Positions 24,901-38,770 of a stretch of DNA of 64,000 nucleotides are shown here, piece after piece. A program made the position numbers and the translations under genes. The stretch spans positions 2,294,001 to 2,358,000 of the forward strand of contig JAYWIR010000015.1 in the NCBI GenBank assembly GCA_036172245.1, in the 5' to 3' direction. Each line of letters starts with the position of its first letter. Position 1 is the stretch's first letter. The notes under the pieces are model-generated. The model was not told the DNA's origin. It made no database searches and was given only the letters and a program-made list of their open reading frames with translations. Source of the stretch: Raillietiella orientalis (taxonomy: Eukaryota).

Positions 24901-27900
24901 TGGGGTCCCAAGTTCCGAAAGGTCCAATGGTGATGGCCAGCAGCCTCAGCATCGACCACTTTCCTGGCTTGCTGGTTGGCAATATCTTGGTATTTGGAAA
25001 CCTTCTCACTCCTGACGATGCTGAAGGTTCTCCCCAATTCTCAAAGGGGCAAGTCACGTCCAGCATCATCCTATTTCTCTTCTGTAACACCAGATCTGGT
25101 CTCAGAGTTGAATCGAGAAGAGAGAGGCGCTGATTCTCGGACACCAGTTTACAACTTGCCGTTTCGACCGCTGCTGTTTTGATCTGATCCATAATCGCAT
25201 CATACCGGGCCGTACACAAACGAGAGTGTCTCATGCAGTGATTTGTTATGCGAGGCAGCGTCTTATCCCACAGGCCAGAATGACAACACTTGTGTTGTCA
25301 TTATGGCCTTGGAGCGTGGATGAATCAGTAAAAAATATTGTAAAAAAAAATCTGCAACACATACAAATCTCAGTCATAAAGCTGTATGGGTGGGAGTGAA
25401 AGAAGAAAATAAAATTGCGGATCTTTGTAAATAAAACCCCATCAGTTCAGAAGGTTCCTTAAAATAAAACGAAAAACGATCCAATACTGGTGTTCAGCTG
25501 ACGTTTTATGCCTTTTTTTTTTTTTAAGAAGGATCATTTTTTGTTTTGAAAACAAAAAATCAATCTGGAATTAATGATCGATTCTTTCTTCATGTTGCTT
25601 TCAGATCCCACTCTGGGAAGGCACAATCAGAATGATAAAAGCAAGGAACCTGAAAGGAAGCTCAAGAGATGGTATGTAAAGACGCACTTCAATACCTTAT
25701 CGTACAATGTACGACTTCCATTTCATACTGTTGTATGCTGCAATAACAGTGCTCTGAGTTTGCATGCCCTATTGGAAAGCGACTAACCTATTTAGAACGT
25801 GCCGTGATAGTTTTTACTATTCTCGACAGCAACAAAACAAAAAGCGAAAGCGAAAAGATGAAAAAAAAACAGCACTTCGTTTCCGAACTCAGTCCTTCGA
25901 TTTCTGCGATGGGATGCATTGAATTTTTCTCGAGTATCTTCTTGAATTGCCCCACCCAGCATCCCACACCGGTTCGCACGGAATGTAAAGGGTAGTTGGG
26001 ATCGCTTCACTCGAAAAACTTTCCGTTTCGATCCTCCGTTCCTAAGAACGAATTTCACTTGCTTCTTACTAATGGCTTTCAATCTTACCCAGTATCGGGG
26101 AGGAAGCTTATTTTCCTACCTTTTGTCGGAGGTGGAAGACGCACTTCCACTTATGAACGGACCCTGCGCGGGGGGCGGTCATTCAGCTGGCTGCAAAACC
26201 GTACTCTGGTTCTCTCCCTGCTCGGTTCCTGCTGTCTCCCTTGACTACGTGGCTTCTGTTTCAGCTGTCTGTGTATGACCTGCCTTATCTTTCTTTTTGT
26301 TTCGATTTAGTTTGCTTTCTCCCTATTTTCTCCCGAGTATGATTTCTTCCGATCAGTGGCTCCTTTTTTCCCTTTCACGTCTTGCGGTTAGTAACACCTA
26401 GCATGTCCAGGCTCGGATCTTAGTTGATCGTTGCTCACACAGCCTTCGACTCTCCTAGTTAATGATCGCAGTACTTCCCAAAACCTCGCTGTTGAGCAAC
26501 TTCGACGGTTTCGTGTTCGAAAGTTTCCACCTTACGCAGTCCACCTCTGCAAATCGGACCTCGAGGTTTTCGTTCCTTTGAAGTCTGCCTAATTCATCAG
26601 AAAATTACGTGCCCGGGTAGCTGTGGATCGTCTGTGAAGAAGTAATACTTTATTTCATGGGATGAGATGATTCTTCCTTCTGTTCGTGTTCATTCAGGAT
26701 TTCCTTCAGTGTTTGAAGCTTTAGGTGCGTTATCGGACCCTAAGTGTGATCCCAGCTTGCCTGCGAGCTAGAACCCTGCTGACGTAGCTATCTTTTCACA
26801 CCAAGGCTTTTCTCAGTTCCTGATCTTTGCCGAATTCTCTCGGCGCAAAATCTTCGGGACGTCTTCCCTGTGCTCGTCTCTGATCAGCATTTTCTCCTTT
26901 TGCTCATTGGTTAACGTCGAGAGGAGCCCATCTCCAATATTTGCATTAAAGAAAAAAATGCTTATCCCCAAGTCTTAGGTGACAGATGCTTCTGATTCTA
27001 AGGTGGCTCGGAAAATGCAAGGATTTAAATTATTGCAACGAAATACAGAGCGTCCGAGGAAGAAGAGCTCAAATGAAGAAGGAGGGACTCATGAAACTGA
27101 TCTACAGGGTCTTAGAGTAGAGCGATTCCCGGCCAAAGTAGTTCTGTGATTAGTTTTTGGAGAGAGAGGGAGAGAAGGGTGGGGGGTGGGGCAGAAGGGA
27201 AAGCGACAACATTGGATTCAGAGAAGGCCAAAGGAGTTGTCGAAAAAATCTAAGACAGGATGCATTTCCAGTGGTATATCCGAGGAAAACGCTCTCTACC
27301 CTCATTTGCAAAGAATCCACGCGTGTCGGGGAAGAATGGTCGCCATCTTTTATGCCACAATGCCAGGAAATGTGTATCGTGTCACAAACATTTCCTAGCA
27401 CTGTGGCCCAATGCCCGGATCGTGACACATGGCAAAAGTTTGGTGCTCGTGAACTCTTGAGCACTCTTGTATGGTCGCGCTCTTACATCGCATGGTTGAG
27501 CAATTATAATCAAAGATCTGCTGTCCTGGAGATACAAATGCCTAAATATTGATTGATTTTAGAACAATCGGAGTTCATCTTTGCGTGATGGCATTGTAAT
27601 AAGACTTTTTTTCTTTCTTTTTATCCTCATGTTATACACAGAAACGCAGCACCAAAGGATAGAGAGAAAAACTGAATCTATAAACTTAAGCTCGCTCTAG
27701 GAGCCCCAATTCCCTTCCCCCCTCCCCCCAACCGTTTGGTGCCCCAAGAAAACCATCTTAGGTGATTTGCATTGCGAGATTCTTCTGGGAGAAGCGATTG
27801 GAATTCCTAGCGCTTGGAGTCTTTTTGTCAGAGATGCTACCGCTCTCATACGATGGCAAACCGATTTGGGAAACAAAACTTCCGCAAACACCGCCTTGTC

Positions 27901-30900
27901 GAAACGGATATCACTGCTGAGCAGCCAATCCCAAAATGACGTCTGGAGACTCGCGGATGTAGAGATGAAAGCAGCAGGATGATCATTCTGAAAATAGCTT
28001 GTAGCTTTCAGTTAATTCCAGATAGGATTCTTAACTCAAATCGAAAAATGTTGCAATTCCATTAAATGCGGGATGCCATTCTCATTTGCGATTTTTCGAT
28101 TTCTTCCACTTGATTCATTGGAAGGCAGATCGAAAAGAATTTCCTATTTCTGGCTTGTTGAACTTTCGAGAGAGAGAGAGAAATGGAGCTAAGAAGTCTG
28201 ACTCTAGTTCTTTCGTTGTGTCACTTTGGTGTTCGAAGTCTCGGTATACACCTTGAGCTCAAGTGATGGTCACAAGTGATTTTCCCTCTGTTCTTGCATA
28301 TTCGAAGGAAGTTTCGTAGGCTCGGCTTTTTGTCCTAAAACGGCAGTCTCTACTCGACACCAAGGGTAGGGAAATTTGCGAAAAATGCCGCTGCACCTGC
28401 ATGAGAGAACGAGCTGCTAGTCCGGAAACTCTTCACGGGAAGTCGAAGACTTCTATTTCATCCGGCATCGCCTACATCCAGGATCCTGAAGTCTTGAATA
28501 GGAACATCACTTCCAGCCCTCCGATTTCGCAGTTTGGTAACTCTGATCCCAAACTGCCTTCAGCAGTTACTGATGAGAACTGGATTCCGAGAATCAAGAA
28601 GTTGCAATTTCTTGTTCATCCGAAGATCTTCCTTCAATTCGCTTCTATAAAGTTCGGCATTTAAAGATTGTAGGATTTCCTTATTTGCAATTTTCTTTCG
28701 TATGAAGTTCCATCTTTTAATGGGAAAGCTTCCGTCTTCCAGCCCATCCATGCCTTCCTCATGGGAGATTCCATCACATCGGAATACATGAAAATGAGCT
28801 TACTTAGACACAAGAAAAAACGTATCACTTGATTTTTGGACCTTTCGTTCCTTTGGGCTGATGGCCTTGAAGTTATCATAAAATCAAATCGGTTGTGGTC
28901 ATCAAATACCACGTTTTGGATTTTTATATGCGATGGAATCCACTTGCTCCAATTTTTACACTCGCTACAACTGTAAAAGGAACTTTCTTCCCGTATTAAG
29001 AATCTCACATGAAGACATGTTGCCGACTACCTGGGATATTATTATTATGTACCAAATTCCTGAGACTTGCTTTGCAGGTCCATTCCGCTTTCTGGTTCTT
29101 TACTCGAAGCTCAGTTTTCCTCCCGAGTTCTTCGTCTTTGGTTTGTGAACAACAAAAATGAGGGGGAAATTATAATAGAGGAATGTGGCACGAAGAACAT
29201 GGAATGGGCATTAAAAAGGATTAATTAAACAGCAAGTAAACGCTGAAGGCTTCACTCAATTTCTGAATTCACACTATTCATTTGGAGTCATTAAAAAGGA
29301 GTCAGCTAACCGTTTAAACCCAGTCAGCTCTCTACGCCAGCAAGTAGAGTGTGTTCCTCCAGGAAAACATCAAGTCGCGAAAACGTTCGAGTTTGAGAAG
29401 CCATCCCCGTACACGATAACAAATGGTTGATTTCTTTCTGGATAAGAGCTTTCTCTAGTTCAGTACGAACTTCTGGTTCCTCTGGCTCTCGTACAAGGAG
29501 CCATGCGCCACCATCACGTACATCTTCACGTTCCTTGTATGGGAGAACCCAACGTGCGCCATTATAATGTGTTTGAACGGTCACTAAAACTGAATGTCAT
29601 TGTGGGATCACCGATTGGGTACAGATAGGCCTGGGATGTCCCATGCCTATTTGTTCAGCATATGTGGTTACAAGGAGGACAGAAACGTTATTCTCGGATA
29701 GGAGACGCAAATGAAATTAGGTATTTAACTTATCTATTCCTTCGAAAGGGAAGCTAGTGGCAATCTAGTTGTTTTCCTCAGAACTGGCGATCATGCATCA
29801 TTCTAGTCGTAATTTTCTTGCAGACATTTGGCTCAGGGGAATCATCATCACAGCGTTGTCTATTTCATCTCTAATCTTCCGTAGTCAATTTTCATCGACC
29901 AACAAAGATAAGAACTATAAATAAATAGGAAACGGTTCTACCCAAAAGCCGAACAGATAACAGTTGATTATTTGATTTGCAAGGAAGAAAAACAAAGAAA
30001 GAAGAAAGGTTATTTGGGTATATCTTTCTTCAATAAGGATGACTTGACCTGGCGTATCGATATATCCCTAAGAGTGGCTTCAACAGGACAGATTTCTGGA
30101 AGCTGAATACCACCTGCGAATGAAACTAAGAGCAGATAAGCGATTTTCTCATTGAAAGTCAATAAGATCGCCTGCTTACGGTACTCTCTTCCACAGCTGA
30201 TAATCTGTTCATTATAGAGATTAGTGTCATAGAGAGAAGTATGGCCAGGTGTGAAAAGCAAAGGATGAAAAGAAAGAGTTGAGTTCTGGGTGACATGTAA
30301 AAGGCAGATAAAGAGGGAAATGGCTGAGCCTCGAGTGACTCTTTAGGGAAAACTCAAGAATCTATCACAAATGCAAGAGCCAACGAAATTTGCTAGGTTG
30401 TGGATCATTTCATTACCGGTACGAATTATTTGACGGATTCCTTGTTTTTGAAAAGCGGGGATATACTAAGCCCTATAAATCTCTCACAAAGCATCCTGAT
30501 ATGATCGAGAGCGAAATATGGGTGAATTTTATCAGTAGAAGGTGAAAAGAGTCCATATGTATCTGTAAACTCCTATCTTTCGTCCGCATCTATCCTTTCC
30601 TATCTAGTTAAGCTATCTCTCAGCTGCTATCTATTTTACTTTTCTGTGAAACAAGTAAGTATCAGGAGCATGGAGGAGAAAAACGAGGAAGGAAATTTAC
30701 CTTACAGGATCTTGGATGCATTAATCCAACGGTCACCCCTTTTCCCACGATTTGGAATTATTAGTACGTTCCTCGCAGGTACGTTACTTGCAGCTCCTTT
30801 CTTCCTTGTGGAAGTCGCACGTATTTTACATGACGATTACTTGCCGACTTTGGAAAACATAAGCACGCCTTTTTTGTTTTTTCACTCTTGGACACTCCAG

Positions 30901-33900
30901 TCCCCTAAATATGGTGACTCTTGTTAGGAAAAAAAAAAACAAAGAAAAAAAAAAAACAATAGCTTTCCGCCTCCTCATCCTGTTAACCTGTTCTACGGCA
31001 GTGTGTGTATGTTCCTTAACATTGCAGGGAAGCTTCCGGTGGCTTAAATCTGACGCATTCAATACAGTGGGAAGAGCTTGTGTTGAGTAGAACGACTGAG
31101 ATTTGAAGAAAAAAAAAAAAAAAAATTCGACAATTTGTTTAGAGTTTTCAATATTTACGTTATATGATTATGATCGGTGCGATGTGCATATTCTGAAATT
31201 CTACATACTGGTGCCTGTTACCTGTGCTGCGGGAACTCTTTGTCTCTTTCCAATGAAGAAAATCGGGTCTGCAGTTGGAAGAAGAAGAGTTCCTCAACAG
31301 AGGAGTGAAACTGAAAATGAATTCCATAAAATTTTTTTCATCTTAGTAGTGCATTCCTTGTCCCCACGACCATAACAAATCAATCCTTCGCCTTATGCAT
31401 GAGTTATCAAGTATGTAGCAGTAGGTTCCTGTCCTATTCATCGTATGTGTGAATCCATCTTCCGAATGTGGCCGAGTGGGATGCGCAAGGCCCTCTGACT
31501 GTTTTAAAGACGCGATCCTCATAGCAATCTGAGACTTCAGTCCGTATGAAATCCTTCCTTAATCTGGAAATACAGACTTGGAGTGGGGTTTGAGAACCGG
31601 GTTAAAGAAACTCGGAACTCTTCCGTACAACGCAAAACACCTGAAAGAATGCAATGACCGGGAATGAGGAGACGAGGATCACTAGGAAGATGATCAGAGA
31701 TTATAATCCAGAGGAGAGGGAGAGATCCTACTAACAAGGGAGATTTCTCTTGTTGGCTCTTCTTGGAACCGAGTGATGGTGCCTTCCCTCCTCGGAAATC
31801 CCTTTCATCTCAGAGCATCATCACGATTACCTGAGTAGGACCCTCGAGATTCCGCTGCAAGGTAGCCGAACTCGCGAGGGGAAACCGCAGAAAGCGAAAG
31901 AGAGCTCCAAGAAAGATTCGAAACCCAGCCAGCAATTGGCGAAGGGAACGAATTTTCCGTCTCTCGCACGCGCGTGCTTGCGAGCGGCCACACGGACGAG
32001 TGCTCGATGCGAACGTGCGCGGTGTACTTGGCCGTGAATCTCGGGCTAATCTTGGTGTTCCCTCTGCAAGCTCCGGACGTGTACTTTTGCGACCTGAGTC
32101 TGTACGACGAGCACTTCAATAAACTGGAGGAAAGAAAGGAGAAGTTTGTTACGGGATCCGAGGACACGGGATGGAGCCAGACATTCCAATTGTAATTAGC
32201 AGAATTTCTGCAGATTGCTCTCTCCCGTTCTTTCCTCTCAATCTTTGTTTTTAGGAGAAGCTGCAACCCGAATAAAGAATACCTAAAATTATCGATCAGG
32301 TAGGGCTTCCTGATTTGTCAACACGATTATGCACGTGTTCAGGAATTTTCGAACGAACTCTTCAGTGAGCCACGTGACGTTGTTCCAGAAATACTGCTTC
32401 CAGATGCCATTCAAAATCAGGAAGTCTTCCCGGGTAGGATCCGTGATAGTACCATTTTCGGTGAGCATTCTGAAGTTCCCTGCAAGCACAACAGTCTCTC
32501 AGGCTGTGGACAACCAAGAGTGCCAGTGGTTCCCCCTTTCCAAAGGCAAAACGTACCGTTTTGTACGTCACATCTACATACGCGGCATTCGCCGCAAGAA
32601 GAGGAGCAGGGAAGTGCTCCTCGAAGTTGCTTTGACGGAGAAAAATTACTCTCACCTGCCAGAACTCCGCCGCGTCGCCACGTGCATCGTTTTGCTTCGC
32701 AGGGTGTACCAAAACAGATGCGGAAAGCACAAGGTAGCGACCATCCTCCTCGCCGGGAAAGCCTCCTCCCTCCCGGGGATACATTCTTCCCCCCACCCTT
32801 TCCATCTGTGTTTTCGCTGTTGTGAACGCTCGACCCACAAATCATGGCGGCCAGCAACGCCATCGTGCCTGTTTTTCAGAATAAAGATGAAGAACTGTGC
32901 TGCTCTGATCGTGTTTTCTGCAGCAGGCTCGTAGCTGTTTTGGGATGTCCTGCTTCTCTTTGCCACTGTCTTGTCAGCTTGCTGATGACATCGCAGGATT
33001 GCTCCTCGTTCCCCATGGAGCAACTCGATCACCTTGGTGACGAAGTAAGAGCACGACATCACTTGGAACCCAGAACCAAGCCTTTTTCACTTTTGGATAG
33101 ACGAAGAACATTTTACTGGGATTCCTCAGGATGGTGCAGACCACGGAGGTGTCTTCCATACGCTACTTGAGGGAACTTTTCCCACTCGACACGATGGAAA
33201 CATCGAAGTCGGCCCTCGAAAGACACATCAAGTATTATTAGATGCATATAAATATTGCATTTCCATGTACTGTTTGCCGATAAATGTCATGTTATTACGC
33301 TAAGGTGTAATAACAAGTGTAACTATTATTATTGCGCTTTGCTACACCGAGGTTGAATTGCACGTGCTTCTTTCCCTTAGGAAAATGCGTGTCATCGAGG
33401 ACATACAGATTCACATGCACGCGGATGAAGACTTTCGTTCGGCTGTGATCTCTGCTTTGCGGGACGGGAATGGGAAATGGTGAGTCACAGCATTTGCCAG
33501 GCGTCGTCGTGATGCCCCCAGAAAGGTTCGAAGTCCACTGGGCTAACGCTTCGGCCATCTATCCCTCCGACGAAGAGATGCTTGTGTGCTTCATCGAAGA
33601 GCTGACCGATGAACTTGCTCGCGGAGGAGAGATTTACGAGCCCATCTTTCAAAAGTGAGATCTTGAGGCTCGGGAAAGAATAAACCGTATCTGTGATCAG
33701 GTTACTGAACATTCCTTTCCTGCAAATTCTTGCCGAGGATTTCGAGGAGAAGGTTGAATTTTGTTTGATGTTCTGCCCGTATTTCTGAATGTAACCGCGT
33801 AAATGTTTGAAAGCGAAAAAAAAAAAAAAAAAGACGGAAAGATACCACGATATTCGGACGGGAAAGACGCCACGTTTTTTGAAACTGTTTTCAAAAAGAC

Positions 33901-36900
33901 GTGTTGTTCAAACTGAATCTCACCAACTGTCGTGCCTTTGGTCAGATCGATCACCGATGTGCAGCCACCATCAGAGGGATGTGCGAAACATTCCATTCAG
34001 CCGTTTGCCAAACTCCCAACTCGTCGGAAGCCCAAGGAAAGAGCATTCTAAGGCTGTACTTCGCTTTCACCGGGTACGTAAGGTACGCTTGTACGTGCGG
34101 CTGCGGCTGTTTCACCTCTGCTTCGGGTCTTCCGATCAGCAACGTGCAGCGCCTTATTTCGAAACCATCTCAGCTGATGGAGCACTTTTACGAGTGGTTC
34201 ACGCAAGCTTTGTTCGGCTGGCTGCTTCAGCTCCTGCAGCAGGCAAAGTCCGCCGTAGAGAACGCCATCAAGTTGGATCCCATGCAGGCCATCGAATCCG
34301 ACTTCCACCATAGCTCCAGTGCTTTAGACGTCACTACTTTGTTCTATGAGATGGTCAGCTTCTGGGAGAATCTTCACTGGCCCGAGAAGGAAAACAATTA
34401 CGTATTCATCTGCCGCCTCGTCGAAGTAAATGGGATTCTCTTCTCTTGCCGAGATTTCCCCCCTATTTGCTAGGATGTTAACAGCTGCATTGCCCATTAT
34501 TTCGATTCTTTGATGCAGGCGGCTGGTCCTTTGTTCAAGCAGTTGTCAGACGCACTTTACCTGGATGCTCTGAAAAAGGTAGGCAAAGCCCTTCACTTGC
34601 GAGGAGACGTTTTCCTTTTTCTCTTCAAGCTATGCGTGATCTTGGAGGACATGAATTTCGTGGTCGAAAACGAGCCCTCCATCTATTCCACCGTGTCAGC
34701 GACAGAGCAGAAGAAATCGGAAAAAGTGCAAGATTTCATCACCAGGAAGCTTCAAGGAACGAAGAGCAGATTCGATTCTATGAGGGCAAAGATGTTTTGC
34801 GAGATACTTAAAAAGGTGATGTGTCTTGCAGTTATTCTTATGGTTCCAGAGTGTGGTTTGAGAGGCGAGTGATTAAACAACAACAATCCGAGTCTTGTTT
34901 AAGATATGGAACATCACTGCTCCCGTGGTGGTTTTTTGCAGCTCTCGATAAGCAAAGGGGCGTGGCCGAACTCGACAGTCAGCGTACGCGAGCTATTAGC
35001 TGGAGTGCGACCAGCAGCCTGCTTCCCGATTTTTGTGCAAGCATCAGCACTTCAATGTGTCATACAGCAACGAAACCGTGAAGCTGATAGCTTCTGGTAC
35101 TCTGTTGATGGAGAGGCGAACGGCATCTCCGGCGCAATCGCGAGCGTGTTTGGGCACGGAGATGAGAGAGGACGATCCAAGTTTCGGTCCATGGTTTTCA
35201 CGAGCTTGTGGAACGCAGGAGCAGTCGATGGGTGAAACCCGGCCGCGGTGCTCTGAGACGCAAGGTGTGCTTTCCGGTGGAACCGTCCGAGAGCAAGAGT
35301 GACGTGTAGAAGTCGGAAAATCATCAAGTGTGGATGCACGATTTCACGATCAGTTTGGATGCTGGGTTTTCCTTCAGTCAGTCTTCCCAGATGGGCTTCC
35401 TAGAACAATTAGGCCGAACACCAATAAGTGACATGCGAATATACATATATATATATTCAATCAGGAATTTTGAATTTTGAAACCGGAGAACAAGACACCC
35501 TTCTGAACGGAGGGGGAAGTTATTTCAAGATGGTGCAACAAATCAGCGAGTCCAAGTCTCGAAAACACCCGACGTGACGGCGATGTCTTGCAATGCATCT
35601 CTTGGAAAACATTCCTCTCATTGGAAAAGGCAACAGATGCCATAATTCAAAACGAAAACACACGGTTTTTGATTTTTTTTTTCTTTCAAGTCATCACGTC
35701 AGGGAACCAGAAAAGTGAAATTGATTTACGAACCGGAAGTATGATTCAAAGGACATATGATGGACGGGTTCCTAACGTACATAGGGAGAACCACAGTAAA
35801 GCTCAGGCACTTGTTTTGAGATTGCTACTGAACCACAATGGACTTCGATGAACAAAAGTCAAAGTTCGTTACCAAAAGCGAATTGCTTGCTGATGTTGAA
35901 ATGCAATGCCCCCCTTCCCCTTCTCCTTCTATTTGAATGCGTGCTTTTTGCAATCTGATCATCTGCGAGAGAAAATGATCAGATTTGCCATCGAACCCAT
36001 TGTCAGGAATGTTTCCTGTCTTAAGAAGAGATCCCAGGAGTCATGCGCGGTTGTTCGAATGCATCCGGTCACACTAAAGTGCCTGCATCGGTGCTCACTA
36101 CTTGTCTTCTAAGCAAGAAGATTTTCCTTTCCGAAGTGCTGCCCGTCCCTGAATTATTCGGGATGCAACCTCACTCAAAGCGTAGGGTGAGATCACCTGT
36201 CGAATTATAAGATCCAGGATCCTTTCCTACGAGGAGTGGGTGTCGGCTTCAATTCCAACCTGGCCGATGCATTGAAATTTGTGCATCGCGCGTGTGCCCG
36301 AATCTCCTCCTGTACTCAGCCACCGGACGCGAAACGCGGGAGACCTTGCCCATCCGTTCCCTGTAGATTCTGCTTCTCTGGAAGCTCTGCCGATGCATTC
36401 CTTTGTCGTTCCTCCGAGCAAACCTAGAACACCAAGGGAACCCGTTTTCTTGTAGGCTCTTGCATATGAATTGGTGACTGTTAGGATGCTGCGATACAAC
36501 GGAAAAGCTTGCGAGGCTCAGCTTGCGTTTCTTCCTTCCTTTCCTTCTCAAGTTCTGTGAACTCTGTCCGTGAATGCAACTTGGGATCTCACCAGCGACG
36601 TTGTAATGAAGTCGCCGTTGGCAGGGAGACTGAACTACAGGAGATGACCGATAAGACCGCCATGGTTCCCAAACCCTGGCGGCAATTGAACGAAATTTGT
36701 CAAATGAAGGGTTATTCTTGCCAGAAGAAAGAAAGGATGGAGCATGGTTCCGAAAAGAAGCAGCGTTGACAAGTCTTGTTGTCTGCAATGCAAATGCTCT
36801 CAATAAGTATCTACGGATAAAAATTTGTGCAGTTGAGCAAGGCGGCACGCGAATTCGGTACTTTGAAATGCACTGTGCTTTCCGGAGGGGTCGTTCGAGA

Positions 36901-38736
36901 GCGAGAGTGAGATGCAGAAGAAACGAAAAATCATCAAATACGGATGCCAATGGCAAGCAATTTGGATGCTGAGTTTTCCTTCAGTCACTCTTCCACGACA
37001 GCTTCCTAGACCACAACCCAGTAGGACGAAAATGGACCAGGGAGCCCAATAAGTGCTCCGAGCATTGTGAGCTCGTACAAGCTGGCACTGCTCGACTTAT
37101 GATGTAACTATTGAGGCCATTCACATCCTTATCTACGCGGATGCAGATGTTCTCATGAAATCTCTACTTTTAATGTAATGTAATGGAAAATGCTGGTAGC
37201 GCTTTTCAGCATTCCAGGGAAATATCGATATTTCTCCTACTATGCACTCCCTATCTTTCGAAATGCTGATGGTATTACCTTCTGTTTGATGATTTTTTGT
37301 ATTTGGAAAGACCCGAAGCATCAGCATTCAGAGTCTGAAGTTTTTTTTTGATGACGTGCGGCCAAGTGTCAAGTGGAGTGTTTGAAGTAAAGTGACAAGT
37401 AACCGTGTTTTTTATTCAGATGAAACCATCAGTTGTGTCCAATCTGGAAAACGGTACTGAGCTGATCGCCTACCTGGAAGGGATCCTAGTAGAAATCAAG
37501 AACTGCTGCTCAGAGTCGCTTTTTGCTTGCTTCCTGAATGGAATATGGGAAACTCTTCTACAGGCCATTTTGGAAAAGCTGCCGCATGTAATTATGGTTT
37601 CGTTGCATCATTAACCTGAGTTACCCGAGTTTTTTTTTTTTTTTTTGCGTAGAAGGTTACTCTTTCATGGGGTAGCAACGTGTGGCAAACTGTAAATGCA
37701 ATGCAGGAGTACCTTCACGGTCGAGGAAAAGGTCTATCCTATGATACCATGCGCTCGGCTGATTTTCACCAATTGGAGAGGGAGTTCGCAGCTTTCACCT
37801 TTGACACGAATGAAATCGTGGCTCTTTTTTACCGAAGCCGTTCGCAGAAGAGTCTGATCTTGACCGAAAACGGCAGCAAGGTGGCTTTGAAGGCCTGCCT
37901 TCAAAAAACAGATACGGCCACGCACGTATTCGTGTACGTACTGAACGTATCTCAGCTAAGGCCGGCTGAACACGCAGGTTCTGATCAAAGTTTCCCTAAA
38001 AGCACATCCCCACATTTTTCTTTTTTCGATTTCTAGGAACCTTCAATATATACGTCTCACTGCAGTTGGTTCCTAAGATGAATGCCAAAATGAGCTCAAC
38101 CAACAAATTCCACACTAAAATATACAAGAAAGCACTGGATGCGATCTTTGATGAGCAATTCAGAATGTGAGTGAAGAATTGGTTGAACTTTTTAAATTGA
38201 GATGCTTTCAACTTTGGTATACAGGTTGTACATTAATTTTGAACGTGAAGCAGTCCCCTGAAAAGTTCGTAAGAGTTACTTAGTCGCTGACGGAAATGGT
38301 CCCGTGCACGAAATGTTGTTACGTTTTGTAGTAGCATGTACATGCGTTGATAGTCTCAATGTGCACACGCGCGCGCAAATGTGTTCCCGTTTGGGATGCC
38401 TGGGAGAATGGGAGAGTGCATTGGAGCAGTTTCTCCTCGAGAGGGCAGATCATCCTTTCCAAAGTGTTGTGTGTTTCCAAGGCGTCGCCGTCTCTTGCAG
38501 AGCTTGCATTCAAGCTTTGCTGTTACCACAGATAAAATGTGGCCACGGATGCTTGAATGCAAACTTCAGAGGATCTTTCGCCCACCTCTCAGGATGGTTA
38601 AAAGATCCCAATGACTGCGATTTTTTATCTTGTATTTGGGAAGCATCTGTCTGGAAGTTCCATGTTTTCGCTCACAGTCAGAAATTCGCTTCCAGAGAAC
38701 CAAAGAAGGAATTCACAGAATCTTCCAAATTCATTA

Positions 38737-38770
<34 letters not shown>

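Noticed and set aside
27150..27480. Possible LINE ORF1 zinc-knuckle remnant (PQCQEMC...QC)
   Set aside because: The Cys/His spacing is too degenerate to support a call.
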